From: an uncultured Actinomycetota bacterium
Lineage (GTDB): Bacteria > Actinomycetota > Actinomycetes > Mycobacteriales > CADCTP01
DNA: 64,000 nt
Assembly: GCA_963714145.1 (NCBI GenBank)
Contig: OY970235.1
Span: 6,737,722-6,801,721, forward strand
Direction: 5' to 3'
Positions 36,493 to 46,263 of the stretch are shown piece by piece. Both the position numbers and the translations under genes were made by a program. Each line of letters starts with the position of its first letter. Within the stretch, counting starts at the first letter, position 1. Under the pieces are notes generated by a model, which was not told the DNA's origin, made no database searches, and saw only the letters and a program-made list of their open reading frames with translations.

Positions 36493-38097
36493 TTACGGGC
36501 AGTTGCCGATGTCGCTTTCGGACGAGGCCACGGTGATGTGGACGGCGGCCAATCCGAGGGTGTTGACGTCAATGCGGATGGCGTTGACGGTGAGGCCCTT
36601 GTCCGGCGTGCTGAAGGGGATCTGCTGGTTGAGGATCAGCGCGACCACGCCCACGTTGACCCCGGTGTTCGGGGCTATCTGAGTGGGCTGGGAGATGACC
36701 ACGGTGTTGCCGACCTTGAGGAAGGCGATCGTGGTGCTACCGGTGGATCCCGCGCAGTTGGTCGTCGAGGACGACTGGACGGCGGTCAGGGTGATCGCGG
36801 GGATTCCGAGGATTGCCACGCCGGCGTCGGCTACTGACGCGGTGGCCGTCGATCTACCCGGGCCGGTCGCGGTGGTGACGTTGGCGCAGAGCACGTGCGC
36901 GGCGATCGCTCCGTTCAGGGTCGCGACACACGGCGTCGAGGTGGTCGATGGTGACGTGGTGGAAATCGGGCCGGTGTCGGGTGTGCGCGGAATGGTGAGG
37001 AGGGGAAGGCCGAGCAGGGTGGCGTTCGCCTTCAGGCCGTACGCCCGGCCGGTCAGCGTCTGGGCGGTGACGACGACCCGCTCACTCCCGCACGGCGAGG
37101 TGACCGGGCTGTTGTTCGCGTCGCCGCTGTAGGTGGCCACCCAGTTGTAGGTGCCCGCGGTGCTGGCCGGGACGTTGCCGGAGGCGGCGTTGCCGCCACT
37201 CAGGACGCCGGTTCTGGTGGCTATCGGTGTCGCACAGGCGTTGTCGCCCGGCCCGAACAGGGCGAAGACCACCGTCCCGGTCGGGGCCGCTCCACCGGTC
37301 AGGTGCGCGGAGTCCGAGATGTTGCCACCGGCTGGTACCGAACCCGAGGGCGTGGTGGTGATCGCGGGGCTGGCCTTGCCGCCGGCGCCCGCGCAGGTGC
37401 TGACGTTGTTGCTGTCCATCGTCACCGCACCGGTGTGCGCGTACAGGCTGCCGGTGCTGGTGGCGCCGGCGTTGAAGGTGATCGACGTGTTCGCCAGGAT
37501 GTTGCCGACGAAACTGGAGCCGGTGCCGACGGTGGCACTGCTGCCGACCTGCCAGGTGACGTTGTTGTTGTTACACGGGGTCGCCCCGTTGACGAGCACG
37601 ACGGCCGAATTGCTCGCCGTGGTGAGGGAGCTGGTGACCTGGAAGAGCCAGGCGGCGTTGGGATTTCCCTGCGCGTCCAGGCTCAGGGTGCCGGTCAACT
37701 GCGCCGACGAATTGAAGCAGTAGACGCCGGGCGGCAACGTCATGCCGCCCAGATCCTGACCGCTGAGGTTCTGGTCGCACGGCTCGCCGGCGGCAAAGGC
37801 GTAGGCCGTGGCGACATCACCCTGCGCCTGGGTCGCCGCCGGATCGCCGGCGTGGATCGTCCCGGTCACCTGGCCCGGCGGGAATCCGGCCACCGCGGTG
37901 CCGGGGCTGACGCCCAGGTCCCCGGTCACGACGCTCGGACCGGTATTGGTCACAGTCGAGGCCCCCAGCACGGCAAAGCCCGCGGCGGCGCCCAACGGTG
38001 GCGTGGTGGCCACGGCGTGCGCCGCGGGCTGAGCGAGGAGAGCCATGCCCAGGGCCAGGACGGTCGTCCCGACACATGCTTGAACTGTACGTCTCAC
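36493..38097 (-). CDS. secreted DUF3494 (ice-binding-like fold) protein with C-terminal Ig-like / choice-of-anchor-type domains
   Basis: Signal peptide ...ALLAQPAAHA. LGAAAGFAVLGASTVTNTGPSVVTGDLGVSPG...PGVYCF... are the DUF3494 beta-solenoid motifs. Confidence 0.7.
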   Translation of the reverse strand: MRRTVQACVGTTVLALGMALLAQPAAHAVATTPPLGAAAGFAVLGASTVTNTGPSVVTGDLGVSPGTAVAGFPPGQVTGTIHAGDPAATQAQGDVATAYAFAAGEPCDQNLSGQDLGGMTLPPGVYCFNSSAQLTGTLSLDAQGNPNAAWLFQVTSSLTTASNSAVVLVNGATPCNNNNVTWQVGSSATVGTGSSFVGNILANTSITFNAGATSTGSLYAHTGAVTMDSNNVSTCAGAGGKASPAITTTPSGSVPAGGNISDSAHLTGGAAPTGTVVFALFGPGDNACATPIATRTGVLSGGNAASGNVPASTAGTYNWVATYSGDANNSPVTSPCGSERVVVTAQTLTGRAYGLKANATLLGLPLLTIPRTPDTGPISTTSPSTTSTPCVATLNGAIAAHVLCANVTTATGPGRSTATASVADAGVAILGIPAITLTAVQSSSTTNCAGSTGSTTIAFLKVGNTVVISQPTQIAPNTGVNVGVVALILNQQIPFSTPDKGLTVNAIRIDVNTLGLAAVHITVASSESDIGNCP

Positions 38098-38354
38098 GAC
38101 GTCACCTTCTTGGAGCGATAATCACGCGGCTACGGCGCGGCCGTGGGGATCCACGACGCCGACAAGTGCCATGATGCGGACAAATGAAATTCGGTTGACC
38201 GCAGGTCGAAGCGCGCGCTTACCACGCTGGCGTTGCCCGCTGCCGGGTGAATTCGATCCACCGGGCCCGTTTCCCCGCTATTCCATCGTCTGGGGATTAC
38301 CTACCCAGCCGGCGTTGTATCACTCGTGAATCAACACACCAGACATCGTGAATA

Positions 38355-38819
38355 TCACGGGTTTGAACCGCGGCGGCAGGACGGGATTCCGCCGGCCGGT
38401 TCGGGCAGGAGCTGGTGGGTGTGGCGGGTGAGGGTGAGCAGCCGCAGCGCGGGCCGGCTCACGTCTTCGACCACGAGCCTGCCGCCCGCGCGGTCGAGCC
38501 GGTGCTGCAGCCCGACGAGAGCGCCGAGGGCGGCGCAGTCGAGGAACGTCACGCGTGCGAGCTGGAGGAGGACGACGCGGTCGGTGTTGCTGGTGCCGGC
38601 GGCGGCGAACAGCAGCCGGTCGGCGGTCGCGGTGATCGCCAGGGCGGCGACGACGTCGATCTCGCCGGCAAGGACGAGAGCCGGCGGCCGGCCGGGTTCG
38701 GTCCGGACATCCACCCGGAATCCCGCGGCATCCCCGTCCGGACCTGCCGCGACGGGTGCGCTGGGCTGGTCGAGACCCAGGCTGTCGAAGGACGGACGGG
38801 AGAGTTGACCGGTGGCCAT
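38355..38819 (-). CDS. STAS-domain anti-sigma-factor antagonist-like protein
   Basis: ATG at 38819 with GGGAG upstream. LVLAGEIDVVAA...VLLQLARVTFLDCAALGALV is the STAS pattern. Confidence 0.7.
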   Translation of the reverse strand: MATGQLSRPSFDSLGLDQPSAPVAAGPDGDAAGFRVDVRTEPGRPPALVLAGEIDVVAALAITATADRLLFAAAGTSNTDRVVLLQLARVTFLDCAALGALVGLQHRLDRAGGRLVVEDVSRPALRLLTLTRHTHQLLPEPAGGIPSCRRGSNP

Positions 38820-38956
38820 TGCGGCTCCCAAGCGGGAAGACGCGGTACTCGGCGTCGCCTTTGCTCACTGCCCGCGCTCGGCGGGGGGACGCAAGTGGCT
38901 CGGCCGGCTGCTGTTTGCTCAGCTACCTGCAGCGTAGGGGCTTTTGGTCAGCTCCG

Positions 38957-39544
38957 CTATGGCGTGCCCGTCGGATCCGGCCAGCGGGGCACGGAGCCGG
39001 CGGCGGCGACCACCTCGCCGGCGGCCGCAGCGGCGGTCTGGGGCTTCGCGCTGGCCAGCGCACGCAGCCGGGCGCTGGCGTGCTCGCGCGAGCCGCCGTG
39101 GCGGTGCATCAGCACCCCGATGGCCTGGTTCCGCAGTCCCTCCGCCGCGAACGGGTCCGCCGGTCCCCGGTCCTGGCCGCCGGCCGCGGCGGGCACCCGG
39201 ACGACCCCCGCGTCGGGGATCGGCTCGGAGCCGATGCCGGCACGCAGCGGATCGAGGGCGAGCGGTGTGCTCGCGTCCAGCCGCAGCACGACCGTGTGGC
39301 CACCGGCTGCGGCCAGCGGTATCGACAGTGAACTAGCGCCGGCTGACCGGTCCACGGCGTCGGTGAGGACGAGAGCCGGGCTGTCGTCATCGGGCTGGAC
39401 GGTGATGGAGACGGTGACGGGGGCATCGACCGCGACGCGCCAACCCGCCACCACGAGCCCGAAGCCGGCGCGAAGATCGACATCGTCATCGAGGGCAGCC
39501 GAGAGGTCGTCAAGCAGCCGAGCGATCTCGGCGCTGTGCGCCAT
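38957..39544 (-). CDS. ANTAR-domain RNA-binding regulator
   Basis: ATG at 39544 with AGGAG upstream. C-terminal NQAIGVLMHRHGGSREHASARLRALA is an ANTAR motif. Confidence 0.7.
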   Translation of the reverse strand: MAHSAEIARLLDDLSAALDDDVDLRAGFGLVVAGWRVAVDAPVTVSITVQPDDDSPALVLTDAVDRSAGASSLSIPLAAAGGHTVVLRLDASTPLALDPLRAGIGSEPIPDAGVVRVPAAAGGQDRGPADPFAAEGLRNQAIGVLMHRHGGSREHASARLRALASAKPQTAAAAAGEVVAAAGSVPRWPDPTGTP

Positions 39545-39674
39545 GGTGGCTCCTGACACGGCGTCCGGCCCGCATTCCCGGCTGGACCCCGCCTTGGCCC
39601 GGTGCACCTGCTGCTGGCTCAGCGGTGGTCTGTGCTTACCCGGCCGGCCGACCGGCTAGCCGGGTATGAGCTAT

Positions 39675-40484
39675 TTACTTGGCCGGTGGGCGGCGGGCGA
39701 TCTCGGTGACCATGTCGTGGGCGACGTCCCGCAGTTTGCGGTGGCTGCTCTGGCTGGCCTCCCGCAGCAGCGCGAACGCCTGGTCGGCGTCACAGCCGTG
39801 CACGGCCATCAGGATCCCCTTGGCCTGATCGATCACGGCCCGGCCGCGCAGCGCCTCGCCGAGATGCTCGGCCAGCTGGCGACTGTCGGCCAGGATCTGC
39901 GCGGTGGCCGCGGTCACCGCGGCCGGGCCGGCGAACAGCTCACCGATGCGGACCGCCGGCAGATCGAAGCTGCCTTCGGTCCGGGAGTACACGTTCAACG
40001 CCCCCCGGGTCACGCCCCGCACCTGCAGCGGCAACGACAACACCGACAGCACCCCGTGCTCGACCGCCCGGGCGGCGAACCTCGGCCAACGCCGATCCGC
40101 GTGCACCGACCGGACGACGTGCGTGCGCCCCGAATCCAGCGCCGCCACACACGGGCCCTCCCGCAGCGAGTACTGCGCATCGTCCAGCGACCGCACGAAC
40201 TCCGCTGAAGCGACGACGTTGGCCGGGCCACGGTTCTCCAGCAACGTCACACCGGCGCCGTCCGCCCCGGGAATCGCCGCCACCGTGTAGTCCGCGACCT
40301 GGCGCAGCGTGTCCTGCAACGGCTGGCCGTCGACCAGCAGCGCACCGAGATCGGCGAGGCTGGACTCCAGATCCAGCTCAGCCTGCCGCCCCGCCCAGTC
40401 ACCGATCCGCTCCCCGAACGACGATGGAGCCGCCGGCCGCGCGGAAGCGGCTGTGGTCTCCTGCACCCGGTGCCCTTCGCTCAT
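39675..40484 (-). CDS. GAF + ANTAR domain regulator
   Basis: ATG at 40484 (MSEGHRVQ). GAF region GADGAGVTLL...REGPCVAAL. ANTAR RAVIDQAKGILMAVHGCDADQAFALLREASQSSHRKLRDVA. Confidence 0.8.
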   Translation of the reverse strand: MSEGHRVQETTAASARPAAPSSFGERIGDWAGRQAELDLESSLADLGALLVDGQPLQDTLRQVADYTVAAIPGADGAGVTLLENRGPANVVASAEFVRSLDDAQYSLREGPCVAALDSGRTHVVRSVHADRRWPRFAARAVEHGVLSVLSLPLQVRGVTRGALNVYSRTEGSFDLPAVRIGELFAGPAAVTAATAQILADSRQLAEHLGEALRGRAVIDQAKGILMAVHGCDADQAFALLREASQSSHRKLRDVAHDMVTEIARRPPAK

Positions 40485-40797
40485 CGAAACCGCTCTCCCG
40501 CGACATCCGCCGCAACCCGGGGAAACCGGCGTAACTGTACTTAGCCGTGCACTGCCGCGAACAGCGCTCGACCGACCGTCGTCGTCGCCACCCCGGTGGT
40601 GAGTGGAAACGCTCGCGCGGGCGCGGCAGCACGTGCGGCGGCTGGAGGCCAGGGCGGCAATTGCCCAGCGACCCGACGCTACGCCGGATGCGGCCGATCG
40701 GGGCACGGCGAGGCGTACGGTGGAACTACCGAGGACATCTCGCACGCTGACAGTCAGGTCTCCGTCGCCCCCGGCGAGCGCTGGTGAGAAGGTCGTC

Positions 40798-41706
40798 GTG
40801 AACACAGGGGTAACCGTCGCACTCATTGTCGTGGCCGGGCTCGCGCTGCTCACGCTGATGCTGTCGGTGCGGGTGGTGCAGCAGTACGAGCGGGGAGTGG
40901 TGTTCCGCCTCGGCCGGGTCCGGCGGGTGGTCCGGGAACCGGGGCTGCGGCTGATCGTCCCGATCGTCGACCGGATGCGGAAGGTGAACCTGCAGATCAC
41001 CACCTTCAGCGTGCCCGGGCAGGACTGCATCACCCGGGACAACGTCAGCGTGCGGGTCGACGCGGTCGTGTACTTCCGGGTGATCGACCCGGTCAAGGCG
41101 CTGGTCAACGTGCGCGACTACCTGTTCGCCACCTCGCAGGTGGCGCAGACGTCGCTGCGCGCGGTGATCGGCCGCGCCGACCTCGACGAGCTGCTGTCCA
41201 ACCGGGACAAGCTCAACGCGGAGCTGACCGGCATCATCGACACCCCGACCGAGGACCCGTGGGGCGTCAAGGTCGAGCGGGTCGAGGTGAAGGACGTCGC
41301 CCTGCCCGACTCGATGAAGCGGTCGATGTCCCGCCAGGCCGAGGCCGAGCGGGAGCGCCGGGCCCGGGTCATCGCCGCTGACGGCGAGTTCCAGGCATCC
41401 AAGAAGCTCGCCCAGGCCGCCGCCGCAATGGCCGCCGACCCCGCCGCGCTGCAACTACGCCTGCTGCAGACGGTGGTCGAGGTCGCCGCCGAGAAGAACA
41501 GCACGCTGGTCATGCCGTTCCCGGTCGAACTCCTGCGCTTCCTCGACCACGCCACGCAGCCCGCAACCGCTCGCGAGCCCGCCCGGCCGGCGCCCGAGCC
41601 CGACAGCACCACGCCGGACGATGGCGCCATCGAACCCGCGAGCACCAGCCTGACCCCGGCTACCCTCCCAGCCGGCCCGAACGGCACGACAACCCGCACC
41701 GGCTGA
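40798..41706 (+). CDS. SPFH/band-7 (stomatin-like) membrane protein
   Basis: GTG at 40798, a TM helix, then VVQQYERGVVFRLGR...TRDNVSVRVDAVVYFRV...AEAERERRA. Confidence 0.85.
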   Translation: MNTGVTVALIVVAGLALLTLMLSVRVVQQYERGVVFRLGRVRRVVREPGLRLIVPIVDRMRKVNLQITTFSVPGQDCITRDNVSVRVDAVVYFRVIDPVKALVNVRDYLFATSQVAQTSLRAVIGRADLDELLSNRDKLNAELTGIIDTPTEDPWGVKVERVEVKDVALPDSMKRSMSRQAEAERERRARVIAADGEFQASKKLAQAAAAMAADPAALQLRLLQTVVEVAAEKNSTLVMPFPVELLRFLDHATQPATAREPARPAPEPDSTTPDDGAIEPASTSLTPATLPAGPNGTTTRTG

Positions 41707-41805
41707 GATCCCCGGGCTGGCCGGCGCCGGCGGCCGGCGCCCCCGGCCGCCTCGGCGGTCGGCCAGCCGCCCGGGCCGTTCCGGCGCGGAGGCGCTGCCG
41801 GCTCC

Positions 41806-42357
41806 TCAGCTCGGATTCAGCGTCCGGGTGCCCAGGTGCGCGGCGATCGCGGCCAGGACGCCGGCGAGGGCATCCCGGACGGCGGGGTCGGCGATGAGGC
41901 CATCGGCGCCGACCGTGTCGCGGGCGACGAAGATCCGGGTGCAGGCGGCCTCGATGATCTCCGCGGCGACGTAGCCGAGCACGACCCGCAGGGTGGCCTC
42001 GGCGCCCGCACCCCGGCCCGGCGCGGCGACGTTGATGAACGCGACCGGCTTCCCGTAGAGCTCGCCGGTGCCGACCGTCCAGTCGAGCAGATTCTTGAAG
42101 CTGCCCGGCAGCGTGCCCGCGTACTCGGGGGTGCAGAACAGGACCGCGTCCGCCCCGGCCAGTTGTCCACGCAGCGCCGCGACTGCCGGCCCCTGCTCCC
42201 CGTCCGGCACGAACGCCGGCAGCTGCGTCAGCCCCGGATAGAAGACGGCCCGGACGCCGTCGGGCGCCACCACCGCGGCCGTGCGCAGCGCGGCCGTGTT
42301 CCCCGACCCGGCCCGGGTGCTGCCCGAGACCAGTGCGACCGTCCACGGCGGGGTCAT
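41806..42357 (-). CDS. NADPH-dependent FMN reductase
   Basis: ATG at 42357. VALVSGSTRAGSGNTAAL...LFCTPEYAGTLPGSFKNLLDW. Confidence 0.8.
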   Translation of the reverse strand: MTPPWTVALVSGSTRAGSGNTAALRTAAVVAPDGVRAVFYPGLTQLPAFVPDGEQGPAVAALRGQLAGADAVLFCTPEYAGTLPGSFKNLLDWTVGTGELYGKPVAFINVAAPGRGAGAEATLRVVLGYVAAEIIEAACTRIFVARDTVGADGLIADPAVRDALAGVLAAIAAHLGTRTLNPS

Positions 42358-42452
42358 CCCGTTGTCGTCCACGTCAAGCCGGCAACCGCGGCGGCTGCCG
42401 ACCTGTTCCCAGCAACTTGACACAGGTCGGTTAGCCAGTACTAACGTTAGGC

Positions 42453-42776
42453 GTGGCTAACGTTGCGGCGGCGATCGCGGCGTTGGGGGATCCGACCCGG
42501 CGCGCGGTGTTCGAGCGGTTGCGGGACGGCCCGCGCGCGGTCGGCGAACTGGCGGACGGGTTGCCGGTGACCCGCTCGGCGGTGTCGCAGCACCTGCGGG
42601 TGTTGGGCGAGGCCGGGCTGGTCAGCCAGACCCGGGTTGGGACGCGGCGGCTGTACCGGGTGGAGCCGGACGGGCTAGCCGCGGTACGGGCGTACTTCGA
42701 CGATCTCTGGGGGTCGGCGCTGGGCGCTATGAGAGACCTCGCCGAGGCCGATGAGTCCGATGTGGAGGATCCATGA
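42453..42776 (+). CDS. ArsR/SmtB-family transcriptional regulator
   Basis: LGDPTRRAVFERL....VGELADGLPVTRSAVSQHLRVL. Confidence 0.85.
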   Translation: MANVAAAIAALGDPTRRAVFERLRDGPRAVGELADGLPVTRSAVSQHLRVLGEAGLVSQTRVGTRRLYRVEPDGLAAVRAYFDDLWGSALGAMRDLAEADESDVEDP

Positions 42777-43216
42777 CCACGGTGCCGGTCCTCGCCGCGG
42801 TACACGTGCGGCGGTCGCCAGAAGCCGCATTCCGGACGTTCACCGAACGCATCAGCGATTGGTGGCCGCTGCGGACGCACGGCGTCTACGGCGAAGCAGC
42901 CGTCGGACTGGACATTGTGGACGGTCAACTGGTGGAGCGGTCGGCGCATGGCGAGACCAGTGTCTGGGGCGAGGTGGTGCGCTGGGAGCCGCCGCACCGG
43001 TTCGCCTGCACCTGGCACCCGGGCCGCGCCCAGGACGGCGTGCACACGCTGATCGAGGTGGAGTTCCAGCCGGACGAGGACGGCACCCGGGTCGAACTCA
43101 CCCACTCCGGCTGGGAGATCTACGGCGACGAGGCGGAGCAGCGACGCGCTCCGTACCAGGCGCCCGACGCCTGGAACCACGTGCTCGGGCTGTTCGCCCG
43201 GGCTGGCAGCGATTGA
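42773..43216 (+). CDS. SRPBCC/Aha1-domain protein
   Basis: Typical ArsR-adjacent partner. FTERISDWWPL...GEVVRWEPPHRFACTW. Confidence 0.7.
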   Translation: MTTVPVLAAVHVRRSPEAAFRTFTERISDWWPLRTHGVYGEAAVGLDIVDGQLVERSAHGETSVWGEVVRWEPPHRFACTWHPGRAQDGVHTLIEVEFQPDEDGTRVELTHSGWEIYGDEAEQRRAPYQAPDAWNHVLGLFARAGSD

Positions 43217-43225
43217 GGGGAAGCC

Positions 43226-43708
43226 GTGCAGACCGAGCAACTGGAAGCCGCGTACCAGGCGTTCATCGCCGAGGCGAAAGCCGGCAGGTTCGGGCCACCG
43301 CCGCCCGGCGAGTGGACCGCCCGCCAACTGGTCGCGCACATCGCGGTGAACGACGAACTGCTCGCCTCGGCGGCCGAACAGGTCATCGCCGGCGAGCCCG
43401 CCCGGTTCGACAACACGAACGCCGTCGACTGGGCGAAGGTGAGCGCGTTCGCCGACGAGCACGGCAGCCTGGCCGGCGGGATCGAAGCGGTGCGGGCGTC
43501 CGGGGAGCGGGTCTGCGCGGTCGCCGGCCGGATCACCGACGAGCATGCCGCGACCAGCCTCGACGTGCACATCCTGGACGGCACCGAGGTCGCGATGGAC
43601 CAGCCGATGCCGCTCGGCCAACTGCTCGGCCTCCAGGCGTCGTTCCACCTGCCGGCCCACGCCGACCAACTCCGCGCACTGCGCGCCGGGGGTGGCCCCG
43701 CGTCGTAG
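43226..43708 (+). CDS. DinB/MDMPI_N-like four-helix-bundle protein
   Basis: WTARQLVAHIAVNDELLA pattern; weak assignment. Confidence 0.5.
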   Translation: MQTEQLEAAYQAFIAEAKAGRFGPPPPGEWTARQLVAHIAVNDELLASAAEQVIAGEPARFDNTNAVDWAKVSAFADEHGSLAGGIEAVRASGERVCAVAGRITDEHAATSLDVHILDGTEVAMDQPMPLGQLLGLQASFHLPAHADQLRALRAGGGPAS

Positions 43709-43717
43709 GCTCGCCAG

Positions 43718-44983
43718 GTGAGCAACCGGGGGGCGGACGAGCGCATCGTGGTCGAGGCCGCGCCGCGGGACGATCTGGACGGGCGGCGCTACGACGTCGC
43801 GGTCATCGGCGGCGGCATCGTCGGCCTCGTCACCGCGTACCAGCTGACCCGGCAGCGGCCGGGCATCCGGGTGGTGGTGCTGGAGAAGGAACACCGCTGG
43901 GCCAGCCACCAGACCGGCCACAACAGCGGCGTGATCCACAGCGGCATCTACTACACGCCGGGCAGCCGCAAGGCGCGGTACGCGGTCCAGGGCGCCCGAC
44001 AGATGGTCGAGTTCTGCCAGGAACACGACCTGCCGTACGAGGTCACCGGCAAGGTGATCGTGGCGACCGGCGACGCGGAACTGTCCCAATTGGACAGGCT
44101 GCACGACCGTGGCACCGCCAACGGGGTCCGGGTGCGGCGGCTGGACCGGGCCGGCCTGCTGGAGTACGAGCCGCACACCAGCGGCATCGCCGCGCTGCAC
44201 GTCGCCGACACCGGCATCTGCGACTACGTCGCGGTCGCCCGCACCTACGCGAAGCTGGCCGAGGCGGCCGGCGCGGACCTGCGGGTCGCCACCACGGTCA
44301 CCGCGCTGCGGCCGGACGGCCGGGGCGTGCTCGTCCACACCGGACGCGGCGAGGTCCGGGCGGCGACCGTGGTGAACTGCGCCGGGCTGCACTGCGACCG
44401 GGTTGCGGCGCTGTCCGGCGGGCCGGTGCCGGCCCGGATCGTGCCGTTCCGCGGCGAGTACTACGAACTGCCGGCCGATCGGCGGCACCTGGTCCGCAAC
44501 CTCATCTACCCGGTACCCAACCCGGATTTCCCTTTCCTCGGCGTACATTTCACCCGCATGATCGATGGCTCCGTCCATATCGGACCCAACGCCGTGCTCG
44601 CGCTGCGCCGGGAGGGCTACCGCTGGGCCTCGGCCAGCCCGCGCGACCTGGCCCAGACCCTCGGCTACCCGGGTTTCTGGAAGCTGGCCCGGGCCAACTG
44701 GCGGGAAGGCGCCGCCGAGATGCGCCGATCGCTGTCCCGACGGCAGTTCGCCGCCGCCGCCCGCCGCCTGATCCCCGACCTCGCCGACACCGACCTGATC
44801 CGTTCCGGCGCCGGCGTCCGCGCCCAGGCCATCACACCCGAGGGCCGCCTGGTCGACGACTTTCTCCTGGTCGAGCGCGGCCCACTGGTACACGTCCTGA
44901 ACGCGCCCTCGCCCGCCGCCACCGCCTCCCTCCCGATCGGCGCCGAAATAGCCACCCGCGTCACCGCCCACCTCCCCGACTGA
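43718..44983 (+). CDS. lhgO: L-2-hydroxyglutarate oxidase (FAD-dependent)
   Basis: YDVAVIGGGIVGL...LEKEHRWASHQTGHNSGVIHSGIYYTPGS. Confidence 0.8.
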   Translation: MSNRGADERIVVEAAPRDDLDGRRYDVAVIGGGIVGLVTAYQLTRQRPGIRVVVLEKEHRWASHQTGHNSGVIHSGIYYTPGSRKARYAVQGARQMVEFCQEHDLPYEVTGKVIVATGDAELSQLDRLHDRGTANGVRVRRLDRAGLLEYEPHTSGIAALHVADTGICDYVAVARTYAKLAEAAGADLRVATTVTALRPDGRGVLVHTGRGEVRAATVVNCAGLHCDRVAALSGGPVPARIVPFRGEYYELPADRRHLVRNLIYPVPNPDFPFLGVHFTRMIDGSVHIGPNAVLALRREGYRWASASPRDLAQTLGYPGFWKLARANWREGAAEMRRSLSRRQFAAAARRLIPDLADTDLIRSGAGVRAQAITPEGRLVDDFLLVERGPLVHVLNAPSPAATASLPIGAEIATRVTAHLPD

Positions 44984-45281
44984 ACCGGGCTCCGTCCCGG
45001 CGGCGGTAGCGCCCGAACCGGCGCGACCGACCTGCCGCGCCGCCCGCAGGCTGACAGCGGCGCCCCCGGTGACGTCTTCCGCCGAGCGGTGACGGCCTCG
45101 CTCCGCCAGTGACGCCCACCCGCCGTCACCCCAGCCACCAATCCATCACCCGGGGACGGACGCCGTCACCTCGCGCCGGAACCCGTCACCGGGACCTGTC
45201 CGGGCCCGCGCGGCCCATCGCCGGCGCGGCCGCGCGGATATGCGGCGGGAGCACGGCGGGCCATCCCGTACACTCGCGGAC

Positions 45282-45369
45282 GGTGGAGTCGCCTAGTGGC
45301 CGAGGGCGCACGCCTCGAAAGCGTGTGAAGTGCAAGCTTCCGTGGGTTCAAATCCCACCTCCACCGCCA
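45282..45369 (+). tRNA. tRNA-Ser (anticodon CGA), CCA encoded
   Basis: Acceptor GGTGGAG/CTCCACC, anticodon stem CACGC/GCGTG with loop CTCGAAA, long variable arm, T-loop GGTTCAAATCC, 3' GCCA. Confidence 0.92.
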
Positions 45370-45459
45370 CCCTGACCAGCGGAAACGCCGGCCGGCCCAC
45401 CCCGGGCCGACCGGCGTTCGCGCGTCTGGTCTCAGTTTCAGCATGGCTTCCGGCCGGCC

Positions 45460-46263
45460 TCATGACGGACATGCGCCGCCCGTGACAGGGCAAAGCATGA
45501 CGTCGTACGGTTCGGAGAACCGGTCCAACAGCCGCCGATGGTCAGGCCAGTCATGTCGACACCAGCGCGCCACGCAGAGCACGGTGACCTTCGCTGCTCC
45601 CGCGGTACGAACCGCCAATGCCGCCGACTGCGCCTTGCAGCCTGACGTCCATGTGTCGTCCACCAGGAGAACGCTCTTGCCCCGGATCCGTTCGGCCTGC
45701 CCTGATGCGACGACGAAGCGGTCGGCGAGGACCGCCCGGCCGTCCTGTTGCAGGCGCAGGCCGCATTCAATCAGGAATCGCTGCTCGGGCGTCATTCCCC
45801 ATACATTCCTAGCAAGTTGAGCAACCGGGTGGTTCGGCCCAGGCCAGGTCGCGGATGGGACGAAGCTGACGGCGGTCCACGGCGTGCCGAGAGCTCGCGC
45901 CGCGCACGCCGCATGAACCCCAGTCGCCGCCAACACCATGAGAGCCAAGTCCGCGGCCGCCTTCTCGGATGGCGGCTGCGCCTTGTAAGCACGCATCGTA
46001 AACGCGGACTGGTGGTAGCCAGGCGCGTTTCCACGTGCGTACGCAAGCGTCAGCGCAAGATCAGCCAGTCGCGGCCCGAATTGGTCGGACTGTTGCTGGC
46101 ATTGCGGACAGAGGTGCCGGTCTGCCGGCCCTCGACAGCCGGCACATGACAACCCCGGCACGAAGTTTGTGTTGTGGAAGAAACCGCCGACGCGATCACG
46201 TAGCAAGATGCGAAGATCCGATTGCGCCTCGTCGGAAATCACTGCTTCGCCAGGGTCAGCCAC
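45460..46263 (-). CDS. ComF-like phosphoribosyltransferase (zinc ribbon + PRTase)
   Basis: N-terminal CAGC...CPQC ribbon. C-terminal PRPP-binding loop SVLLVDDTWTSGCKAQSAA. Overlaps the upstream DprA-like gene by 25 nt. Confidence 0.8.
   Translation of the reverse strand: MADPGEAVISDEAQSDLRILLRDRVGGFFHNTNFVPGLSCAGCRGPADRHLCPQCQQQSDQFGPRLADLALTLAYARGNAPGYHQSAFTMRAYKAQPPSEKAAADLALMVLAATGVHAACAARALGTPWTAVSFVPSATWPGPNHPVAQLARNVWGMTPEQRFLIECGLRLQQDGRAVLADRFVVASGQAERIRGKSVLLVDDTWTSGCKAQSAALAVRTAGAAKVTVLCVARWCRHDWPDHRRLLDRFSEPYDVMLCPVTGGACPS

Noticed and set aside
45370-45459. An att-type duplication of the tRNA-Ser(CGA) 3' end that would delimit the DprA/PRTase islet.
   Set aside because: I found no second copy of GGGTTCAAATCCCACCTCCACC between 45370 and 48400. 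The shared CTGACCAG..AAACGCCGGCC after both tRNA-Ser genes looks like a common tRNA trailer or hairpin, not an att repeat.
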